A stretch of DNA of 64,000 bases from Octopus vulgaris (taxonomy: Eukaryota): the NCBI GenBank assembly GCA_951406725.2, contig OX597839.1, positions 21,762,001 to 21,826,000 of the forward strand, read 5' to 3'. The position numbers and the translations under genes are program-made. Positions within the stretch are counted from its first letter, which is position 1, and every line of letters begins with the position of its first letter. The notes under the pieces are model-generated. The model was not told the origin of the DNA, ran no database searches, and worked only from the letters and a program-made list of their open reading frames with translations. Shown piece after piece: positions 26,396 to 39,031 of the stretch.

Positions 26396-29248
26396 ATACC
26401 CCCCGTCAACGATGCTATCTCTGATACCCCTTATTCTGCTTGTTCCCCAACTCCCGCCCCTCAAACTTCACAGCTCAGCATCGTCTATACCAACTCGTGC
26501 TCCTTATTTCCAAAGTTCAGCGAACTATTTACACTGGCCATGCGTGACTCCCCTGATGTGATAGCTATCACCGAGACTTGGCTGACTCCAGCAGTAAAGG
26601 ACTCAGAAATCCACCTACAGGGCTACGCCCTCTTCAGATGTGACAGAGTAAAAAGGCGAGGTGGAGGTGTTGCTGTGTATGTTAAATCTGATCTCAAACC
26701 GTCCAGCGGTATTCTACCCACTAATACTCAACCTACAACAAAATTCGATGCCGTCTATTGCAAGCTGAGCCTATCCGGGTTTTGCCTGCCCGTGTTAGCT
26801 GTCTACAGGCTGCCTCTTGCCGACCCCCAGGACGATGCTAATTTACTCGAAGCGATAAGATTCATTTCAGCTTCTCATGACTGTTTGATATTAGGAGACT
26901 TCAATGCTCCCACGATCGATTGGCCCGCATCAATTTGTACATCATCTTCCCGGTTCGGCCAGGCCCTTCTTGACGTGGCTGAAGACTGTTCTCTATCGCA
27001 ACATGTTGAATATCCGACAAGGCATCGGTCAGGGCAGCAGCCATCTATGCTGGATCTGGTATTCTCCCGCTATCCAAGATTAGTGTCAGACGTATCTGTG
27101 TGCGCCCCTCTTGCCAAGAGTGATCATGCGGTCCTGAAGTTCGTCATGCACACAACTTTTTCTACGCCCACGACTACTTCGCTGCCACGTAGAGTCTTCT
27201 CTGCAATTAATCTTGAAACCGAGACTTCCGCGCTTCTGGACTGGCGATCCCTGATGACGTTGTCCTCAGTTGACCAACTATGGTCATCCCTCAAAGCATA
27301 TGTAATCTGGTTGACTGACCAGGCAGTTCCCGTTGGGCTTCCCAAGAAGCAGAAACACAAGCCCTGGGTGACGAAGAAGGTTAAACGAGAACTTCGACTC
27401 AGAGATATTGCTTGGGCTGAATTCAAAAATCTGGATTCGACTGCTGCTTTTGAGGTGTACAAAACTCAACGAGACTGAGCCGTGAAAATTGAAAAGGAAG
27501 AACGCTTCAGATATGAATACAAAATCGCGGCAAACGCCAGTAGCAATCCAAAAACCTTCTTTGCCCATGTCCAACGGAATTCCCGCTTGAACAACCAAAT
27601 TGCAACATTGGTAGACTCAACAGGCGTATCGATTGAGGACCCTTATCAACAGAGTCAATTATTTGCCAAGGCTTTTTCAACTATTTTCAAACAAGATGAT
27701 GGTCGTGAACCCCCTCCATTTGATAGATCGGTACCTCCAATGCTTTGATTGGTCATCATGCGGGACGAAGTCAAACGCGTTATTCAAGGCCTCGATGTCA
27801 ACAAGGGTCACGGCCCTGACGGCATACACCCACGGCTTATCAAAGCGTTGGCTCCGGTCATCTGCGAGCCCTTAACATGTCTATTCAATATGTCATTGGC
27901 GACGGGTGTTATACCTGCAGACTGGAGAACAGCGATAATCTGCCCAATTTTCAAGAAAGGGAGCCGCGAAGACCCGCTTAACTACCGACCGGTTTCCCTT
28001 ACATCAATAACCAGCAAGATGTTCGAAACCATCCTTAAGAAAAGTATGATGCTCCACCTCCAAAACACAGCCTCTATCTCTGATTCCCAACACAGCTTCG
28101 TGCCGAAGAGATCATGCTTGACCAACTTACTGGTAATGGAAGAATTGGTGATGCGCATCCTCGATGATAGTGATGCTGTTGACATCGTTTCATTGGACTT
28201 TGCCAAAGCTTTTGACTCGGTAAACTACCGCCTATTACTTGTCAAGCTTCAAGCATATAGTTTCCATCCGGATATTGTACGATGGGTTGGTGCCTTCCTC
28301 TCAGATCGCTCTTTCCAAGTCCAAGTTAATGGTTCGCGGTCCGCCGTCTCCAGTGCGAGCAGTGGCGTGCCTCAAGGTTCAGTGCTTGGGCCCTTATTGT
28401 TCTTAGTTTTCATTAATGACTTGCCTGACGACCTCACGCAACACACCCTTCTATTTGCCGATGATGTCAAACTGGTCGCTCCTCGCGGTGATATAGAGGA
28501 TCTTCGTCGATACCTCCACCAAATTTGGAGGTGGTCTAACGAATGGGACCTGTGTCTGAACGTGTCAAAGTGCTGTCATCTGCCTGTTGGCTCTCCTCCT
28601 GCAACTCAACTTGATTTCAAGCCGGGTCGTCTGCTGCTGGAGAGGACCGATCGGGTAAAGGACCTGGGTATCTTGGTGGATTCCTCTTTTTCGCCTTCGG
28701 CCCAGTGCGTCCATGCTGCCAACAAAGCACACGGAATTCTGTTCTTGATTCGATGGTCATTCGGAATGCTCACAGCAGCCATATTCCTACCGCTCTATGT
28801 CACGCTGGTGAGACCCATATTAGAGTACGGGATTCAAGCCTCTTCTCATCTCCTCAAAGACATACAGCATCTCGAAAGAGTCCAGAAGCTGGCTACCCGC
28901 ATGGTTCATGGTCTCAAGAATTTGTCTTATGAAGAAAGGCTGAAGACACTCGACCTTTATTCTCTAGAAAAACGCTGCCGCCGTGGTGATCTCATTCTCG
29001 CTCACATCATAAGCGGAAAGTGTAACCTCTCGAAAGAGCTGTTCTTCACTCCTGCTCCAGAGCATCGGCTGCGGTGTCATTCCGAAAAGCTCTATCTGCG
29101 ATGATTTCATCTCAATCGAAGGAGAGGGGCTTTCTTCGTCCGGGTTGCGGATCTGTGGAACAAGCTGCCAGACGAGATGGTGAAGATGCCGACAACCACT
29201 TTGTTCAAAGTCTCCTTTGACCTCAAGTGGCCTGAACTCTTTACATGA
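26396..29248 (+). pseudogene. LINE ORF2 endonuclease-reverse transcriptase, one frame with three TGA stops
   Basis: APE motifs IAITETWL, ILGDFN, LDLVF, SDH; RT motifs NYRPVSLTS, LDFAKAFDSV, GVPQGSVLGPLLF, LFADD, KDLG; stops at 27476, 27746, 29102. Confidence 0.95.
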
Positions 29249-30169
29249 ACACCACCCTGTACATAACTCCATGTCCCCCTACATGGCCTTGCTTTTTGCT
29301 TTTTGAGCCAAAAAAAAAACTAACCAGTCCCAGCATTCTTGCCAATTTTGGAATCTGCTGTGGAACTTGCTTTTCCAGAAGCAAGTTGAGGACGTTCTGT
29401 GATTCATTCTTGATCTTGACAATGGTGACCTTTGAGTTGCATCTTTGTCTTGGGGAAGAGATGGAAGTCTGCAGGTGCCAAACCTAGGGAATAGGGTGGG
29501 TGCAGAGCTCAGTGATAGGGGATATTGTCATTGTGAAGAATCCAAGAATCTCCACGTATCCAATCGCTTTTGCCCGATGCCCTCACTCAAACGCACCAAA
29601 ATATTGCAGGAGAACTGTCAATGAACAACACTGCAAATGTAGTAAAAAGCAATTCTTGACGCATGACGGAGCTGTGGCTCTGTCGTGCCTTTTGAAGTTC
29701 CACATGCCACTTGATACATTGCATATGACCCATTGCGCCAGTGCCACAAGCTTGCTCATTGCCTCAATGGCAGACATCCAAAATTTCATGTCGGCTCCTT
29801 CATCCAACTTCCGGTGTTTGACAAAAAGTCCAGACTACAGCAGACAAATGATCACAAAACAACTTGCAAAGTGATGTCACTCGGTACGTTGCCTCATGAA
29901 TGTCACTGCGTATGCAACTGTGTGCTGCCATCTGTTGGTGCACTACAGAACCAGTCCAAGAACTTTTTGATACCAACTTGTAGGTTCCTGTGACAAGGTT
30001 ATGAAGTTGCATGGAGACCAACTCAAACCGTTAGAGATGCAACACCTAATTGTGCTGTCTGCCTTTTCCTTTCATTTGTCTGCTCACTCACTGGGTGTAT
30101 GTGTGTCTATCTCTCTCTCACACACACACAGACCAGGCAGGACAAGTGAGCCCAGCCCACTTATGAATG

Positions 30170-30640
30170 CCTTTCCTCCCTTGGACACAAAGACCTGTTG
30201 AGGCAAGCGAAGTCGATATAGAACCTCATCCGACGACAGGCACCCATGCCAACCCCCTTTGCTTGCGAAGACATGTTGGGGCAAGCGAAATCGAAATCGA
30301 ATTGAACCAGCCAGGATCCCTGGTCTGGTGGTACGTAAAAAGCACTATCCGACTCGTGGTCGATGCCAGCGCTGCCTCGACTGGCTTCCGTGCCGGTGGC
30401 ACGTAAAATACACCAATCCAACCGTGGCCGTTGCCAGCCTCGCCTGGCACCTGTGCAGGTGGCACGTAAAAAGCACCCACTACACTCACGGAATGGTTGG
30501 CGTTAGGAAGGGCATCCAGCTGTAGAAACATTGCCAGATAAGACTGGAGCCTGGTGCAGCCTTCTGGCTTCCCAGATCCCTGGTCGAACCGTCCAACCCA
30601 TGCTAGCATGGAGAACGGACGTTAAACGATGATGATGATG
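30170..30640 (+). mobile_element. Retroposon family 4 (long form)
   Basis: Reverse complement of the 19276 copy. Confidence 0.85.
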
Positions 30641-31587
30641 AAATAGATTTCACATATTGAAAGCTGGTTTCAAGAGACTGAACTTCATGGAAAAGGGTAT
30701 GAAAAAATGCAAGAAATGGCAGGAAACTGTGCTGAAGATAAAACAAGGCAGAGTTTTATATATACATATATACATGCACACACATATACGTACACACAAA
30801 CACATATAAAGATATAAACACAAATACATGTAAGACATAAGTGACAGTGACGTAACAGTTTCAACTGAAAGCAGGCTCCCCAATGACTGAAGAGCCTGCC
30901 TGGGGGGAAACTAAGCTAGTCACTTACTTTTAAAATTTATTTAACACTACCAAATGGAGTTTTCTTTCAGTGATTGTAATTTTATATACTCACATAAAAT
31001 GATAAAAAGTGTCTACAATATATATATATATATATATAAACACCAAAATACATATATATATACACAAATACATACATATATATACACACATAATTACCAG
31101 TATACATTTTTCTTATATATATACACATACACAATATATATATATATATACTGGAATCAGAATGTTTCAGTTTTGAGGCCCCCTAAAATGGGACAGCTTG
31201 GGGATTGAACCCAACAGGTCTTTTATTTACATCATATACATACATCACGAAGGTAGTTTGATATAAATCTGGTGCTGGTCCAGTTTCATACAACACAGAA
31301 CTGTTTCCCTTTTTTCATCAAACCAATTCCATCTTCTCTGATTCCTTTCCAACGTGTTGGCCACATAAAACAGTTGCTCATCATATTTGAGCTTTACATC
31401 CACCCTTCCTTTATTTGTAAATCTTTCCCAACTGTGGTAAGAAGTTTGCTTTCCAACCACATGGTTCCAGGTTCAGTTCTGCTGCATGGCACTCTGGACA
31501 AAGAGTTTGCAACTATAGCCTTCATCCAACCAAAGCCTTCTGAGTGGATCTGGTAGACGAAAACTAAAAGAAATTAGCCCCCACACA

Positions 31588-32102
31588 CAGGGTGTCCATA
31601 AAGTCCTGGTGCAATGTTACAAAATTACTTCATTCCAAAGCTTGAACAATGAGAACTAATAGAGGATACAGGTTTCAACAACAAGATGGTGTACCTTGTC
31701 ACTTTGCTCTGCAAGTCAGGCAGTTTCTAACAGGAAGTTTCCCTGACAGACGGAGTGGAAGAAGTGAAGCATTATTTTGGCCTCCACATTTCTGACACCA
31801 TTAGATATCTTTTCATGGGGACCTGTGAAGAATATTGTTTATTCAACTAAGCTTCGATCTTCAGAAGACTTGAAAGCAAGGATAACTGATGCAATTGAAG
31901 AGGTTACTAAAAATCCTCTGCAAAATATTTTCCCAAGAACTGCAGAATCATATTTCTCTTTGTATTAGAAATGATGGTGGACATGGTGAAAATTAACAAG
32001 ATGAAGAAAAATTTTTAGCTCATTCGTCTTTCTTATCCTTTTTACACATTAACTCTATCTTGTAAGTATTTTAAATTGCACCATGACTTTATGGACACCC
32101 TG
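31588..32102 (+). mobile_element. Internally deleted Tc1/mariner-superfamily element inserted in a family 2 SINE
   Basis: TIR CAGGGTGTCCATAAAGTC(C/A)TGGTGCAAT at both ends; FQQQDGVPCHFALQVRQFL and LTPLDIFSWGPVKNIVY...LKARI remnants. Confidence 0.92.
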
Positions 32103-32940
32103 TGTGTCCTTGTCTTTTACCACTGCTTGACAACTGGTGTTGGTTTGTTTATGTCCCTGTAACTTTATGGTTCAGCAAGAAGAGACTGACAAGGCTTAAA
32201 AAAAAAATTCTGGGGTTGTTTTGTTTGACTAAAATTTTCCACGGCAGTGCCCCAGAATGGCCAAATTCATCCCCAAAACAGAAAGAAAGGGTTGGGGGCT
32301 TGATCCCACTGATCTCAGAACAAAACTGGTACTTAAGGCAAAGCTGATCCCTGTAAGATTTAGGGGGCAGATAGCCAAAACAAGTGATTTTCCCAATGTT
32401 TGAAGGATCTGTGTCAGCATGGAGGATATCAATAATAATAATGATCCTTTCTTCTATAGGCACAAGGCTCGCGATTTTGGGGGAGGGGACCAGTTGATTA
32501 CATCGACTCCAGTGCATAACTGGTACATATTTCTTGACACCTGAAAGGATGAAAGGCAAAGTTGACCTCAGATCATAAAGAGTTGGAAGAAGTGCCACAG
32601 AGCATTTTTGTCCAATGCACCAAGAATTCTGCCAATTTACCACTTTAATAATAATAGTCAATAATATATATATATAACTTATATATAAGCGGGGCTCTTT
32701 TACCACTATCCCCCATAATTAGAAGCTACTTAATTGATTTTCCCAGAGAAACAAGCAGCCAGTCTGTTCATATTTTCAACAATTACAGCAGATACAGAAA
32801 ACTGGAGCAGCCAATTTTGCTACAATATGAGGGTCCTGTCAATGAGGACCTCAGTCTGCACAAGATCAAGGGATGATTTGTGTACCTTACACAGTGCCCT
32901 TATAAACAGGGTTAGTTCAGCTGTTTAACAAAAAATAACA

Positions 32941-32983
32941 ACCTTAATTGATTTTCAAATCTCGTTAGATTCTCATCAGAGGT
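32941..32983 (-). ncRNA. Type I minimal hammerhead ribozyme motif
   Basis: Minus strand ACCT-CTGATGA-GAATCT-AACG-AGATTT-GAAA-ATCAAT-TA-AGGT; intact core with stems I-III. Confidence 0.78.
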
Positions 32984-33034
32984 GTCTTCGTCAATTTGAC
33001 TAATTGCAAAGAAACAAGCAAATAACCTCTTTAA

Positions 33035-33244
33035 CCCTTTAGTTACTAACCCGGCCAAAATATTTAATCTGTTTTATGTTCAAACTGACCAGATCCAGGC
33101 TCTCACACCTACCCTACAATGTTATTCTACATTAAGTAATTGCACCATCAAGATCTTGAAGATATGAGATAATGCATGATTAATTCAAATCAATGGGAAT
33201 CAATAAGCATTATGTTTGATAAAATAAATACAGTAACGAAAGGG
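33035..33244. mobile_element. TTAA-specific (piggyBac-type) MITE
   Basis: TTAA-CCCTTTAGTTACT...AGTAACGAAAGGG-TTAA. Confidence 0.85.
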
Positions 33245-34323
33245 TTAAATACTCAACGATTCCAGGAGCAACACAAGATTGGAATCATTAACTTTGCATA
33301 TTAATTAAGTGTTTATGGCAAATCCAAGTGAAAACCAATTTTACAAAAGTGGAAATGATAAATGATTCTTTCTAGAATATTGAAATAAGTATTGAAGCAT
33401 TTATAAAACAAGATCTAAAGAGACAAGACTATTTCTCAGAAACATATTTCCCACTGTTGGGACGTTTTAAAACTAAATGAAATCAGTGAAATCCCTTTTA
33501 AAAATTTAATTTTGTGGAAGTAAAATTCCGAGCCATTTTGGGGGAGGATTTTCAATTTGTGATGTTTTGCTCGTTTGAGATTTTCAGATTTCAGTATTTT
33601 GGATAAAGAATAATCTTATACTATGTACATGTGTGTGTGTGTGAGTTTGTATGTGTGTATGTATATACACACATGCTTATATACATTAACACTAAAGTAA
33701 AATAATTTTTAAAAATTATATATGCATGTATATATAAACTTGTGTAACATTGTTTAGTGTTGGAGGCGGGGGGGGGGGGGACAACTAAACACCATCTCTG
33801 TCCAATACATGATAGGCTGGTCTACAATTGAGAATCAAGCTTTCATTGTATCAGCCATCATCATCATTGTTTAATGTCTGCTTTCCATGCTAGCATGGGT
33901 TGGACGGTTCAAATGGGGTCTGGCGAGCCCGAAGGCTGCACCAGGCCAGTCAGATCTGGCAGTGTTTCTACAGCTGGATGCCCTTCCTAACGCCAACCAA
34001 GTCAAATATACAGAGATGGGCACCAGAATTCTGAAGGCCCCCCAGGGTCAGACAGACTTTGGTCTGCAGGAAACTAAAGACCAAGAGCATAAAAACTCCC
34101 TGCAGTCTCAAACGGAATTTTAGTCTAGTGTCAACTAAAGACCAAATCTACAGCAGACCACGAGCACAAGGCTTCTCTGCAGTCTCCGGCAGACCGAAAC
34201 GACAACCAATGAAGCAAGACTTTCAATCAAACGCCTAAAACATTTCAATCCAAGGAAATGAAAATTTTTAATCAGATTTTTCTTTACTTCAAACAAAAGT
34301 AAACCATACACACACACACGAAA

Positions 34324-34638
34324 TCTCTCTATATATAAACGGCAGTTTGTCTATGTGTGTCTGTTATCTTGTACCCTCACCCTGACCACGGCTTTCAACC
34401 GATTCTGATGAAACTTGACACACACATAGCCCAATGTCATAATTCAAAACTAACGCAGCGAAAATTTTGAAAAGTTCCCCCAGTTCTGAAAAAAATCGAT
34501 AAATTCGACATGGGGTCTAGAATCAGAAACACAAACCACAGACTGTCTAGGGGACGCAACTCCACTTTTTTAACTAAAAAAAAAATTTACCATAATTTTT
34601 TCCCCATTTTTTGGCTATAACTCTCTAAAAATGCTTTA
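34324..34638 (+). mobile_element. Non-autonomous Helitron, 3'-truncated
   Basis: 5' TC start; matches 50210-50561 but lacks the hairpin/CTAG end. Confidence 0.8.
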
Positions 34639-34669
34639 ATGTATATGTTTATGTGTATAATTATATATG

Positions 34670-34706
<37 letters not shown>

Positions 34707-35371
34707 TATATACATGATCGTGTTATATACAAGAATAACACTAAAAGACCATAAAGATAACTTCTATGGAGACCCCTAAAGTCCGACTAATATGCCCATG
34801 TAAGTCGGACCTAGAGAAGTTAAGTATGTTGGCGGAGGGATTCCATTAGAAACGTTTGCCAGAGAGAGAGAGAGAGAGGCTAGGGTAGAAAGAGCGACAG
34901 AGAGAGAGCGAATACAGAGAGGGAAAGAGAGTGAGTAGAAGCTGTGAAAAGCCGTTATAGAGATAACGAGGAGGGAGGGGGGCAAAGAGAGAGATGGAAG
35001 AAGAAAGGGTTATAACCATTAGAGAGGAACAACAAACACTTGTCAATTTTCACTTTCTTTGCTATAGCAACCACATCTTTATAGCTTGCAAATTTTAACC
35101 ATTGCAGGTCGGATCCTCAGCACACATTTAGTATCCCTGCCAATTTTCAGCTCAATCCTAGCACGTCTAGTGCCATTGAATCCTTACCAAAGCCAAAGTG
35201 TCAAGTTCTTTTCCTCTTTTATACAGGTAGATTATCTTTTCGTCATTGCCTCCTCCATGTTTATTAACTTTTATTCGTGTATATTTTCCTTGCAATCCCG
35301 TTTATTTTTATTCGTATCTATTTTTTCTTGCTATTCCTTTTCCTTTTTATTCACATATTTTTTTATATATT

Positions 35372-35782
35372 ACTCTTTACTCTTTTACTTGTTTCAGTCA
35401 TTTGACTGCGGCCATGCTGGAGCACCGCCTTTAGTCGAGCAAATCGACCCCGGGACTTATTCTTTTTGTAAGCCCAGTACTTATTCTATCGGTCTCTTTT
35501 GCCGAACCGCTAAGTCACAGGGACGTAAACACACCAGCATCGGTTGTCAAGCAATGCTAGGGGGACAAACACAGACACACAAACACACACATACACATAT
35601 ATATATATATATATACATATATACGACAGGCTTCTTTCAGTTTCCGTCTACCAAATCCACTCACAAGGCATTGGTCGGCCCGAGGCTATAGTAGAAGACA
35701 CTTGCCCAAGATGCCATGCAGTGGGACTGAACCCAGAACCATGTGGTTGGTTAGCAAGCTACTTACCACACAGCCACTCCTA
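35372..35782 (-). mobile_element. SINE family 2
   Basis: Sequence match to other copies. Confidence 0.9.
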
Positions 35783-35973
35783 CTAACATAGTTTTTGTAA
35801 ATTTTCGTATTTTTCTTTCTGATTTTTATTCCTTACTTTATTTCATTTGAATTATGGCTTGTACTGTAGAGTCTAGCGAAAATAATTTAAACATACCTAT
35901 TTTACACATACTTAGGGGTTTTAAAAAATTAAAATATAGTTTATTGTGTTGAACGTTGATAAAGTTCTATAAG

Positions 35974-36068
35974 GGCCTGATGATTGGGGTCACATCTCGA
36001 GAGGGGTTCCAGGGAAACACGGAGTGGTTTAGGAACCTGAGGATGTACCTCATGAAACACGTGTTGCC
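35974..36068 (+). ncRNA. Type I hammerhead-ribozyme-like motif with long stem II
   Basis: GGC-CTGATGA-TTGGGGT...ACCTCAT-GAAAC-ACGT-GTT-GCC. Confidence 0.68.
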
Positions 36069-36920
36069 AAGTAATAAAACAGTAGGTATTTAAAAGAAAA
36101 ATAAAAATTCTTTTTATTTGGTGAGATGTAGGGGTCTACTATCTCTAGATTAAAATATATTTCTTCATGTTATATACATATATAATTATAGTATATATAA
36201 ATATAAATAACTATACAATATATATACATACATATATATATATATATATATACACATATATATATATATATATCATCATATCATCATCACCATGGGTTGG
36301 ACTGTTTGACATGGAGCTGGTTAGCAGGAACTGTCCAGACTCAAATGTCAAGGTTCCTCCTGTGTGATTTGAACATGAAACTGATGTGTGAAGCTAAAAA
36401 AAAAAAAGTAAAAAGAATAAAACAAAAAGAATTAAATACAACCAGGATCGAGTCCTGTGGTCAGGGGACCTTTTCTTACAGGTGGGCAGAACAACTTCCT
36501 TGAACCAGAGGACATCAACACAATGTATCCAGTATATTACTGGTACCATTGACATCCCACGTGAAAGGCAAAGACTCCAAGCTGGACTGTTATCATCACC
36601 AACATTATTCTTATTCTTGTTATTATTATCGTTATTTTTATTGTTATTGATACAATGTGAAATTTTTACATTGACCCATGGCCACAAGGAAGTGGAGTGC
36701 AGTCTGTTGTGTGTCTGTGTGACCCAACCCCCAGTGTATGACTGGTACATTTAACAACCACATCGCTGTCATCAATCGAAGTTGTCCCTGGCAGCGAATT
36801 TCAACTCAACAACAACAACAAGCACAATCAACCAATCCTAGAAGAACACTTTGCATTTCATTCCCCCAGACTGGAATTTGATTGAGTCTATTTAATTAAT
36901 CAGTTAATTAATAATAGCTA

Positions 36921-37125
36921 TCATAACTTTCGTTTTTTAACTGGGGCTGCTCTAGACCTGAGCACCATGCCATGAAATGGCTGCTGGTTTGGAGTCCGAT
37001 CAGGCGAAGGTTTACGGGTAGTTTTTGTCTTGTTGGAGTCTGACCTTTGGGGAGAAGGTTTGGATGGGCCGGGGCTGAGAAAATTTATAGGACTGTCGAC
37101 TGGCTTCACCAAATAGGCTTTCCTT
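36921..37125 (-). CDS. Terminal coding exon H with basic C-terminus (...GMVLRSRAAPVKKRKL*)
   Basis: tttttcag acceptor, phase 2 matches exon G; TGA at 36921-36923; candidate minus-strand AATAAA at 36637-36642. Confidence 0.85.
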
Positions 37126-37685
37126 CTGAAAAATAGAGAGAAAGAGACAAATGTGTTAGAAGGCAGAAACAAAGTGAGATTGTAATCTTTTCAAGTCATG
37201 TTACCCAAAAAACAGAACCCCATTTCAAGGGAGGGAGATTATTCTGTCAGAGGTAATGCTTATTTGTTTACATCCATTATCATCATCATGGGTTGGACGG
37301 TTTGCCCAGAGATGGCAAGCTGCACCAGATTCCACTCTTATTTAGCCTGGTTTCTACAGCTGGATGCCCTTCCTAACATGCCACCCACTTTACAGAGCAT
37401 GCTGGGGGCTTTTACTCAGCACCACACAAGTGCTTTTACATGTTTTCAATTAATTAAGCTTTACCTTAGAGCTTCAAAGATTTCAATGATGTTACTGTTC
37501 ATTTTTATAAAGACATTGTAGGGTAGGTGTGAGAGACAGGATCTGACCAGTTTGAACATAGAAAAATGTGTATTTTAAAAAGAAAAAAAAATCTCCAGTT
37601 TCCTCTTCTGTTTCCTGCTAATGAAGTTGTTGAGCAAACAAAAGGAGCGTGTGCGTATAAGACACAACAACTCCCCTTAAATACC

Positions 37686-37918
37686 TATTTCTTTACTACC
37701 CACAAGGGGCTAAACACAGAGAGGACAAACAAGGACAGACAGACGGATTAAGTCGATTACATCGACCCCAGAGCGTAACTGGTACTTAATTTATCGACCC
37801 CGAAAGGATGAAAGGCAAAGTCGACCTCGGCGGAATTTGAACACACAACCTAACGGCAGACGAAATACGGCTACGCATTTCGCCTGGCGTGCTAACGGTT
37901 CTGCCAGTTCGCCGCCTT
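37686..37918 (-). mobile_element. SINE family 3
   Basis: Sequence match. Confidence 0.9.
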
Positions 37919-38269
37919 ACATACCCTCAAATACCCTCCCTTAAATACCCTCAACTTGGCGCAGCCACCCAACAAATGTTAACTCTTTGCCATTTAAACT
38001 GACTCTATCAGTTTCATGTTCAAACCAGCCAGGTCTGACCTCTCCCTCTTACCCTACAATGCCATTCTAAAAATAAACAAACACATCACTGAAATTTCAA
38101 AGCTATGACGTAAAGCATTCAAGACAATGTGAATAAACATGGGTCACATTAGACAGAGTTAAATCCAAATGTTGAAAGGTTGAATCGAACTCTTATATAG
38201 TTTTCTTGTTTTATGTTCAAACCAACCAGATCAGGCCTCTCACACCAACCCTACAATGTTATTTTGAAA

Positions 38270-38863
38270 ATGGCCCAGTGGTTAGGGCAGCGGACTCGCG
38301 GTCGTAGGATCGCGGTTTCGATTCCCAGACCGGGCGTTGTGAGTGTTTATTGAGCGAAAACACTTAAAAGTTCCACGAGGCTCCGGCAGGGGATGGTGGT
38401 GATCCCTGCTGTACTCTTTCACCACAACTTTCTCTCACTCTTACTTCCTGTTTCTGTTGTACCTGTATTTCGAAGGGTGGAGGCGCAATGGCCCAGTGGT
38501 TAGGGCAGCGGACTCGCGGTCGTAGGATCGCGGTTTCGATTCCCAGACCAGGCGTTGTGAGTGTTTATTGAGCGAAAACACCTAAAGGCTCCACGAGGCT
38601 CCGGCAGGGGGTGGTGGTGATCCCTGCTGTACTCTTTCGCCGCAACTTTCTCTCACTCTTACTTCCTGTTTCTGTTGTACCTGTATTTCAAAGGGGCCGG
38701 CCTTGTCACTCTCTGTGTCACGCTGAATCTCCTCGAGAACTACGTTAAGGGTACACGTGTCTGTGGAGTGCTCAGCCACTTACACATTAATTTCACGAGC
38801 AAGCTGTTCCGTTGATTCGGATCAACCGGAACCCTCGTCGTCGTAACCGACGGAGTGCTTCCA
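38270..38863 (+). mobile_element. Head-to-tail pair of family 1 SINEs (3'-truncated copy then full copy)
   Basis: Two tRNA-like heads at about 38270 and 38478. Confidence 0.9.
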
Positions 38864-39031
38864 ATTTTGAAAATAAACAATCACATCATTGAAATCTCAA
38901 AGCTATGAGAAAATGAATGTTTAATTCTAAACAATTTGAGTGGAAAACTATTTCACTTGACAGAGTAATTCGAATGCAAAACGGAAATAACGAAGCGTTT
39001 AACGACATAAGATGGTGTTGTAAGTACTGAC

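Larger units (their letters stand above)
25548..29322 (+). mobile_element. CR1-type LINE, near full length (partial ORF1 + APE-RT ORF2)
   Basis: 6-bp TSD ACCAGT (25542-25547, 29323-29328); A-rich tail; ORF1 and ORF2 domains described in the next two entries. Confidence 0.93.
22696..29980 (-). mobile_element. Mariner relic (~0.8 kb of own sequence: 22696-22770, 25497-25547, 29329-29980) split by nested insertions
   Basis: TIR cores GGTACCAAAACGTTC / GAACTTTTTGATACC, TA at 29981; LHPPYSLGLAPADFHLFPKTKMQLKG (YSPDLAPxD motif); C-terminal W..CIAVQG split across the LINE. Confidence 0.8.

Noticed and set aside
31245-31460. 71-aa minus-strand ORF as a further exon or gene
   Set aside because: It starts inside a SINE, lies beyond the gene's stop codon and has no recognisable domain; more likely a transposon relic
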